Source: Gammaproteobacteria bacterium
GTDB taxonomy: Bacteria; Pseudomonadota; Gammaproteobacteria; BMS3Bbin11
NCBI GenBank assembly: GCA_030617565.1
Contig: JAUWVE010000001.1
Coordinates: 1 to 43,932 of the forward strand
Length of the DNA stretch: 43,932 bases
Reading direction: 5' to 3'
Shown here: positions 37,306 through 43,932 of the stretch, one piece after another
Numbering within the stretch: position 1 is the first letter of the stretch
How the letters are laid out: each line of letters begins with the position of its first letter
The notes under the pieces: generated by a model
What the model was told of the DNA's origin: nothing
Databases searched by the model: none
The model's input: the letters and a program-made list of their open reading frames with translations, nothing else
Made by a program: the position numbers and the translations under genes

Positions 37306-37385
37306 TGTAGGTGCGAATTCATTCGCACAAGACTGGTATAAAGATATGTTCCCAACGATATTGTCCGAATGAATTCGGACCTACA
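37306..37385. repeat. Inverted REP-like hairpin pair, second locus
   Basis: TGTAGGTGCGAATTCATTCGCAC (37306-37328) and GTCCGAATGAATTCGGACCTACA (37363-37385). These are the same two unit variants as at 31440 and 31490, in swapped order. Confidence 0.85.
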
Positions 37386-37623
37386 TTTGTTTTCTTACAG
37401 GAAAATTATTGAAGTTGATGCGTCATGATGGTTTATCCAGGTACGACAAATTTGTGCAGATATTCCAACCGTCAATTATTCTGAGAAGAGAAATATCAAC
37501 GAAGGCTCTTTTCCTTGAACTCACGGCTGGTATACTACGCGATAACATTGAGGTCAGAGGATTGCCTCTAAAATTAAGACACCATAACTGGACACTATTT
37601 GGCCAGGAAAAAGGGAGAATCTA

Positions 37624-38166
37624 TTGGAAGTCCACGATACCCATCTAAAGGGTGTACGATTAATTGTCCCGCACGTCTTTGAAGACGAACGGGGATTTTT
37701 TCTTGAGACTTTTAATTCAGCCACTTTTGAAGAAAATGGCCTGCCAGTAAATTTCCTGCAGGATAATCACTCTCGCTCCAGTCGTGGGGTGCTGCGTGGT
37801 CTGCACTATCAGTTTCCAACATGGCAGGGCAAACTGGTACGAGTGGTAACGGGTGAGATTTTTGATGTAGCCGTTGATATTCGTCCTGAGTCCCCGACCT
37901 TTGCTCAGTGGTATGGTGTTGTGTTGAGTGAAGATAACAAGCATCAACTCTATATTCCACCCGGTTATGCACATGGTTTTTGCGTACTCAGCGATACTGT
38001 TGATGTGACCTATAAATGCACAACACTATACACGCCAGCCGAGGATGCAGGCATACGCTGGGATGATCCCGATATCGGCATAGACTGGCCGATCAGTGAT
38101 CCTATGGTGTCAGAAAAAGACCGCAATGCACCTTTATTGAAAGATATAGTCCTCGCGCAGGACTGA
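37624..38166 (+). CDS. rfbC: dTDP-4-dehydrorhamnose 3,5-epimerase
   Basis: 180 aa, TTG start 7 nt after a GGGAG RBS. VFEDERGFFLETF, RGLHYQ and YIPPGYAHGF match RmlC. Confidence 0.92.
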   Translation: MEVHDTHLKGVRLIVPHVFEDERGFFLETFNSATFEENGLPVNFLQDNHSRSSRGVLRGLHYQFPTWQGKLVRVVTGEIFDVAVDIRPESPTFAQWYGVVLSEDNKHQLYIPPGYAHGFCVLSDTVDVTYKCTTLYTPAEDAGIRWDDPDIGIDWPISDPMVSEKDRNAPLLKDIVLAQD

Positions 38167-38184
38167 GTATAGGGCCCTTTAGCT

Positions 38185-39060
38185 ATGAAGATTCTACTGT
38201 TCGGGCGTGATGGCCAGCTAGGTACTCATTTGAATGAATCCCTGGCGGATGCTGCCGGAGTAGAGCAGTTATCAGGATATGGCATCGATGACCTGGATCT
38301 TTCCCATCTTGATCATCTTCGACAAGTTATCAATGATGAGAAGCCGAACCTGATCATAAATGCGGCAGCCTACACCGCGGTCGACAAGGCAGAATCAGAA
38401 GTGGAACTGGCGACGAAAGTAAATGCTGAAGCTCCTTCAGTTATGGCCAAAGCGGCAACGGCTCTGAATGCCGGTATGATTCACTATTCTACTGATTACG
38501 TTTTTGACGGTACGGCGACTGAGCCCTATTCTGAAGATGACCAGCCCAATCCTGAGTCTGTTTACGGTTCAAGCAAACTGGATGGGGAGAATGCTGTACT
38601 GGCGAATTGTAAAAATTCTCTGATTCTTCGAACCAGCTGGGTTTACTCTATGCACGGGCAGAACTTTCTTCGCACCATGCTGCGGCTGGCGGCGGAGCGA
38701 GATGAGTTAAAAGTTGTCGGTGATCAGATAGGTGCTCCGACTACAACACGTGCCCTGACCGATGCCACCCTGAAGCTGGTGCAATACTTCATGCTTAATA
38801 ATGGGTTTTCTACAGCGGTTTGCGGGATCTATCACATGACCTGCGGCGGTGAAACAAGCTGGTGTGGATTTGCCAGAGCAATCATTGCCGCATCAGAATT
38901 TTCCGACACTCGCGTGCTGGATATTCCCACTGCAGATTATCCTACGCCGGCAAAACGACCCCCTTATACGGTACTATCAAATAAAAAACTTTTCGATACA
39001 TTCGGCATACGCTTGCCTGACTGGGAAGCAGCCCTTAGCGAATGTATGCGGGAAGAGTAA
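38185..39060 (+). CDS. rfbD: dTDP-4-dehydrorhamnose reductase
   Basis: 291 aa. MKILLFGRDGQLG, NAAAYTAVDKAE, STDYVFDG, YGSSKLDGE and RTSWVYS match RmlD. Confidence 0.93.
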   Translation: MKILLFGRDGQLGTHLNESLADAAGVEQLSGYGIDDLDLSHLDHLRQVINDEKPNLIINAAAYTAVDKAESEVELATKVNAEAPSVMAKAATALNAGMIHYSTDYVFDGTATEPYSEDDQPNPESVYGSSKLDGENAVLANCKNSLILRTSWVYSMHGQNFLRTMLRLAAERDELKVVGDQIGAPTTTRALTDATLKLVQYFMLNNGFSTAVCGIYHMTCGGETSWCGFARAIIAASEFSDTRVLDIPTADYPTPAKRPPYTVLSNKKLFDTFGIRLPDWEAALSECMREE

Positions 39061-39064
39061 CTAA

Positions 39065-40984
39065 TTGACCATTCTCACTGACGCATCCTCTCTGCTCGGC
39101 ACAGACGGGCCCTTTACTCGTCTGCTGGATAACTATCGTATTCGTGAATCGCAGCAGCAAATGGCATCACGTATTGAACAGGCCATGGCAAATAAAGAAA
39201 TCCTGATTGCCGAGTCAGGTACTGGAACAGGGAAAACCCTGGCTTACCTGGTACCCGCCTTGCTGTCGGGGAAAAAGGTGCTGGTCTCAACCGGTACCCG
39301 GCATTTACAGGACCAGTTGTATAAACAGGATCTGCCACTGGTTCGGCGTGCTCTGGAAGTCCCAGCCAGTATGGCCTTATTAAAAGGACGCTCCAACTAC
39401 CTCTGCCGCCTGCGGCTGGAGCAGGCTGAGCATGACCAGTCTGGTTATCGTCCTTATCCGCATGTGGACCTTGCAGTGATCAGCAAGTGGTCGCTGACGA
39501 CATTACATGGCGATGTCGCCGAGGTCAGTGGCGTGCCTGAACAATCCAGGGTCTGGTCGGATGTCACCTCCACTGTCGACAATTGTATCGGCACTAAATG
39601 TGGGCATTATGATGACTGTTTCGTAAATACGGCACGCAAGGATGCCATGGAGGCTGATATTGTGGTCGTCAATCATCATCTTTTTCTTGCTGATGTTGCG
39701 CTCAAGGAAGAAGGTTTTGGCCAATTGCTGCCAAAAGTCGATGTGGTGATATTTGATGAAGCTCACCAGGTACCGGATACCGCCAGTATGTATTTTAGTA
39801 CCGGCGTCAGCCAACGGCAGATACTGGATATTTGTCGCGATGCACAACTGGCAGAGATTACTGAAAAAAGTGGTATAGCGGGGTTTGAACAGCGCGTCAA
39901 TGAGTTGGAAAAGCAGGCTAAGGAATGCCGACTTGCGATAGGTACATCGATAAGCAAAGGCAGCTGGTCGCAACTGGAATCATTGTCCGGGTTCAGTGAC
40001 TCTCTTGAATCCTTAAAACAGGGCCTGCAGCAGATGCTGGAACTGCTGAAATCAGCGGCAGCAGCGGGAGATCAGCTGGAGAACTGTTACGAGCGTACGC
40101 AGGTGCTAGTTGACAGGCTGGCCGCACTGGGACAGGACAGTAACGAAGAAGCTATTCGCTGGTATGAGACCAGCAAAACCGGATTTAGATTTCACAGCAC
40201 GCCACTGAGTATTGCTGACAAATTTAGAGAACTGGTATGCGAACAGGACAGGTCGGTGATCTTCACCTCGGCAACGCTGGCTGTTTCCGGAAGCTTTAAC
40301 CATTACCAGCAGCAACTCGGGCTTGAAGCGGCCAGCACTGGTATCTGGCCCGGCCCTTTCAATTATGCCGAACAGTCATTATTTTACCTGCCTGAAGATA
40401 TGCCTGATCCAGGTGATGCTGATCATACAGGCAGTGTGGTTGAACTTGCTGAAAAGCTGATAAAGATATCACGCGGCAGGGTGTTTATGCTGTTCACCAG
40501 CTATCGTGCCCTGAATGCGGCGGCGAGCATGCTGGAAGGCCGCCTGGATTACCCTTTGATGGTGCAGGGTGAGGCGCCCAGGCATGAGTTACTGGAACGT
40601 TTTCGTAATGCCGGCGATGCAGTGCTGCTTGGTACTGGCAGTTTCTGGGAGGGCGTGGATGTTAAGGGCGATGCGCTGTCGGTAGTGATGATTGATAAAT
40701 TTCCCTTTGCTGCACCGGATGACCCTGTACTGCAGGCACGTAGCAAGGCGGTCAGAAGTATGGGCCTGAATCCCTTTATGACATTGCAATTACCACAGGC
40801 AGTTGTGGCCTTGCGTCAGGGAGCCGGCCGCTTGATACGGTCAGTGGATGATAAAGGTGTCTTTATCCTTTGCGACAACCGGCTGGTCAGTAAATCCTAC
40901 GGAAAAATTTTCACTCGAAGTCTGCCTGCGATGAAACGAACCCGTGATTTTTCAGAAGTGTCAGCATTTCTGGAGAGGGCTTAG
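39065..40984 (+). CDS. yoaA: ATP-dependent Fe-S DNA helicase, YoaA/DinG (XPD) family
   Basis: 639 aa, TTG start. Walker A AESGTGTGKT, DEAH box (FDEAHQ), four Fe-S cysteines with DinG spacing (NYLC ... C-x4-C-x5-C in DNCIGTKCGHYDDC), and the C-terminus GVGRLIR-like GAGRLIRSVDDKGVFILCDNRL. Confidence 0.88.
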   Translation: MTILTDASSLLGTDGPFTRLLDNYRIRESQQQMASRIEQAMANKEILIAESGTGTGKTLAYLVPALLSGKKVLVSTGTRHLQDQLYKQDLPLVRRALEVPASMALLKGRSNYLCRLRLEQAEHDQSGYRPYPHVDLAVISKWSLTTLHGDVAEVSGVPEQSRVWSDVTSTVDNCIGTKCGHYDDCFVNTARKDAMEADIVVVNHHLFLADVALKEEGFGQLLPKVDVVIFDEAHQVPDTASMYFSTGVSQRQILDICRDAQLAEITEKSGIAGFEQRVNELEKQAKECRLAIGTSISKGSWSQLESLSGFSDSLESLKQGLQQMLELLKSAAAAGDQLENCYERTQVLVDRLAALGQDSNEEAIRWYETSKTGFRFHSTPLSIADKFRELVCEQDRSVIFTSATLAVSGSFNHYQQQLGLEAASTGIWPGPFNYAEQSLFYLPEDMPDPGDADHTGSVVELAEKLIKISRGRVFMLFTSYRALNAAASMLEGRLDYPLMVQGEAPRHELLERFRNAGDAVLLGTGSFWEGVDVKGDALSVVMIDKFPFAAPDDPVLQARSKAVRSMGLNPFMTLQLPQAVVALRQGAGRLIRSVDDKGVFILCDNRLVSKSYGKIFTRSLPAMKRTRDFSEVSAFLERA

Positions 40985-40989
40985 CCGCT

Positions 40990-43005
40990 ATGGCTATCGA
41001 GAAACTCATTCCTGAGCAACTGAGAAAACTTACGGACGACAGCCTGTTTGACTTCACAGCCAGTAATGAACTACCACCTGCCGATGCGTATGCCGGACAG
41101 GATCGTGCCGTTACGCTACTGCGCAATGCGTTGTCTATTCCAGGGACGGGTTACCATATCATCGTACTGGGAAAGGAAGGGTCTGCCCGGATTGATTGTA
41201 TCAATGCTGTAGTAAAAGAGCTCGAGTCGCCGAATTCTATTAGCGTCGACCGTGTGTTGCTGCCGGTACGCGGCCGGGAGGCAGCATTTGAAGAAACACA
41301 GTTTCAACCCGGGGGCGCACAATTTTTTATAACGACCTGTCGAAATATTATTAAAGCAACAATCAGGGGCAAAGCGAAATCTCGTAGATTACAGCTGAAA
41401 ACCCTTTTGGAAAAGTATGCCGGGCGTCCTCGGCTGTCAGGCTATTTGCAATGGCTGGATGATGCAACTTCATCCATGCTGGCAGAAGCACAGCCTGAAA
41501 TCGATATAAGAAATGCTGAAATTCATGAACTACAGGGAATGCTGCCAGTCTTGTTGCATACGGGGCGGGAGCAGGGGACGGTCTGTTTATTGGAATCATT
41601 TCCGGAAGCCTCTTCTTTGCTGGGCACAGTAACAGTAGAGCGACAAAGTGGTCGAGTGAGAATTAATAGCGGAACATTAATTCAGTCGAGTGCAGGTTTT
41701 CTAATCATTGATGGCCGCCGATTGCTGGATAACAGGGCACACTGGCGGTTACTGCGTGAAATACTGAAAACAGGGATGATCCCACTGAGTGCAATTCCCG
41801 CTGTACAGACCGGGCAGGGCGGGGCCAATATAAACCTGGCCGGTGCAATTCGCCTAACCAGCAGGGTGATACTGCTGTGCGATAACTCAGTCATGGATGC
41901 ACTCTATGATGCCGACCCCGAGATTGAGAATGTGTTCCCTGCTGTAGCTGAATTTGAATCAGAGATGGAGCGTAATGATGAAACCTGTATTACTTCCGCC
42001 AGACTGATATCCAGCCTGCTACGAAAATATAACTCCCTGCCTCTCGATCCACCGGCGATGGCTGCCATGGTAGATGTGTCAGCACGGTTTACAGATTGCC
42101 AGCATAGACTGACATTAAATCGTGCAGTGCTGTCGAAGTATTTACGTGAGGCAAGTATGCTGGCGGTGCAGGCAGGTGATGAAATTATCAGCCGGCAGCA
42201 GCTTAACAGTGTGATTGCACAACATAAAGAGAGGGTGATGGCCGATCGCCGCGATGCGCTACAGGCTATTATCAACGGTGAGACCCGGGTTGAATTGACA
42301 GGCAGGGTTATCGGTCAGATTAACGGGCTTACCATTGTCGGCACCGGCATACAGTCATATCTCGAACCCTCCCGGATTACCGCAACAGTGCGCGCAGGCG
42401 AGGGTGCTGTGGTGGATATAGAACGCGAGGCTAGTCTTGGTGGTTCTATCCATAGTAAGGGAGTAATGATACTGACAAGTTTGCTGGCAGCCCGTTATAG
42501 TCGTCATACTCCGTTATCCCTGGTTGCCACACTGGTGTTCGAGCAATCATACTCGGAAGTTGATGGCGACAGCGCCTCAGCTGCTGAAATGCTGGCGATA
42601 TTATCGGCAGTTACAGAAATACCGATAAAACAGGAGCTGGCTATAACAGGCTCAATTGACCAACGCGGGCAGATACTCTGTGTCGGTGATATCAATAGTA
42701 AAATTGAAGGCTACTTTCGACTTGTTCAGCTGCATGGTAACGTCCCGGATGCCGGTGTGGTCATGCCTGCATCCAATATGAGAGATTTGATGCTGGATGA
42801 TGATGTAGTACAGGCAGTTGCAGAGGGCAGCTTTACTATTTATGCGGTGTCCACGCTTGATGAGCTAATTGAGCTATTTAGCGGCATGCAGGCAGGGGCA
42901 GAAGATGATGATCATGAATTTCCCGCAGGCAGTTTTAATGCGCAGGTACATGCATCGCTGAAACAGTTCTCAGAAGAGAAAAAACATGAGCACAAGGAAA
43001 CATGA
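40990..43005 (+). CDS. Lon-related protease of the YcbZ type (S16 protease domain, degenerate ATPase motifs)
   Basis: 671 aa. The C-terminal S16 domain has the Ser-Lys dyad context EQSYSEVDGDSASAAE ... GDINSKIEGYF. The P-loop position reads VLGKEGSAR (no GK[ST]) and the Walker B position reads FLIIDG. Confidence 0.82.
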   Translation: MAIEKLIPEQLRKLTDDSLFDFTASNELPPADAYAGQDRAVTLLRNALSIPGTGYHIIVLGKEGSARIDCINAVVKELESPNSISVDRVLLPVRGREAAFEETQFQPGGAQFFITTCRNIIKATIRGKAKSRRLQLKTLLEKYAGRPRLSGYLQWLDDATSSMLAEAQPEIDIRNAEIHELQGMLPVLLHTGREQGTVCLLESFPEASSLLGTVTVERQSGRVRINSGTLIQSSAGFLIIDGRRLLDNRAHWRLLREILKTGMIPLSAIPAVQTGQGGANINLAGAIRLTSRVILLCDNSVMDALYDADPEIENVFPAVAEFESEMERNDETCITSARLISSLLRKYNSLPLDPPAMAAMVDVSARFTDCQHRLTLNRAVLSKYLREASMLAVQAGDEIISRQQLNSVIAQHKERVMADRRDALQAIINGETRVELTGRVIGQINGLTIVGTGIQSYLEPSRITATVRAGEGAVVDIEREASLGGSIHSKGVMILTSLLAARYSRHTPLSLVATLVFEQSYSEVDGDSASAAEMLAILSAVTEIPIKQELAITGSIDQRGQILCVGDINSKIEGYFRLVQLHGNVPDAGVVMPASNMRDLMLDDDVVQAVAEGSFTIYAVSTLDELIELFSGMQAGAEDDDHEFPAGSFNAQVHASLKQFSEEKKHEHKET

Positions 43006-43062
43006 GCCTGTTATTGTATGTTAGCGATGTACATTATGACCCCAACAACCGCATTCCTGTGA

Positions 43063-43932
<870 letters not shown>

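Noticed and set aside
37409-37648. 79-aa TTG-start ORF upstream of rfbC
   Set aside because: No RBS, no recognisable similarity (checked by eye against RmlA and RmlB C-termini), and it overlaps the rfbC start. It is probably non-coding leader.
40990-43005. Lon-like protease as a BREX BrxL-type defence component, with the adjacent DinG-family helicase as a defence or type IV CRISPR helicase
   Set aside because: The window has no PglX/PglZ/BrxA-C genes, no cas genes and no CRISPR array. Both proteins align along their length with the housekeeping YcbZ and YoaA types. As I recall, degenerate ATPase motifs are normal for the YcbZ type.

Overview
By gene content and synteny this looks like a gammaproteobacterial chromosomal segment of moderate GC. 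Most of it is conserved housekeeping: ppiB/cysS, an Omp85-type outer membrane protein, ilvI-ilvH-ilvC-psd, rlmI, a SirB2-like gene, ribF-ileS-lspA-fkpB-ispH-thiO, tRNA-Thr(CGU), queD, dppABCDF, an ABC-2 exporter pair, two alpha/beta hydrolases, iscR-iscU, truD, purU, fumC, rfbCD, a YoaA-type Fe-S helicase, a YcbZ-type Lon-like protease and dapB. I see no CRISPR array, no transposase or integrase, no phage genes and no canonical defence system. Three kinds of non-core material stand out. (1) An accessory-looking stretch at about 16.75-22.6 kb starts at tRNA-Thr. It holds an orphan GspG-type pseudopilin next to a sensor GGDEF-EAL protein, then a decayed copy of the tRNA 3' half, a MITE-like element, a small Cys4 ORF, a DUF4124 secreted protein and a HIT-superfamily HxHxQ nucleotide-phosphorylase-like gene. 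(2) There are four families of structured intergenic repeats: a 166-bp palindromic MITE-like element (2 copies), REP-like hairpin pairs (2 loci, one nested inside a second inverted repeat), and two families of 7-nt-phased inverted tandem arrays (2 loci each). (3) There are local anomalies: dppA has no canonical start codon for its signal peptide; the IscR-like regulator lacks all Fe-S ligand residues yet sits behind a type-1-like IscR box, with iscU but no iscS; a thioredoxin-like gene remnant is present; and an insert-like spacer splits ilvI from ilvH. I cannot name a clear new multi-gene system. The best candidates are the tRNA-bounded pseudopilin/c-di-GMP islet with its neighbouring HIT-like cluster, and the heptad-phased repeat families. 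All calls rest on reading the sequence and the ORF translations by eye; no database search was run.
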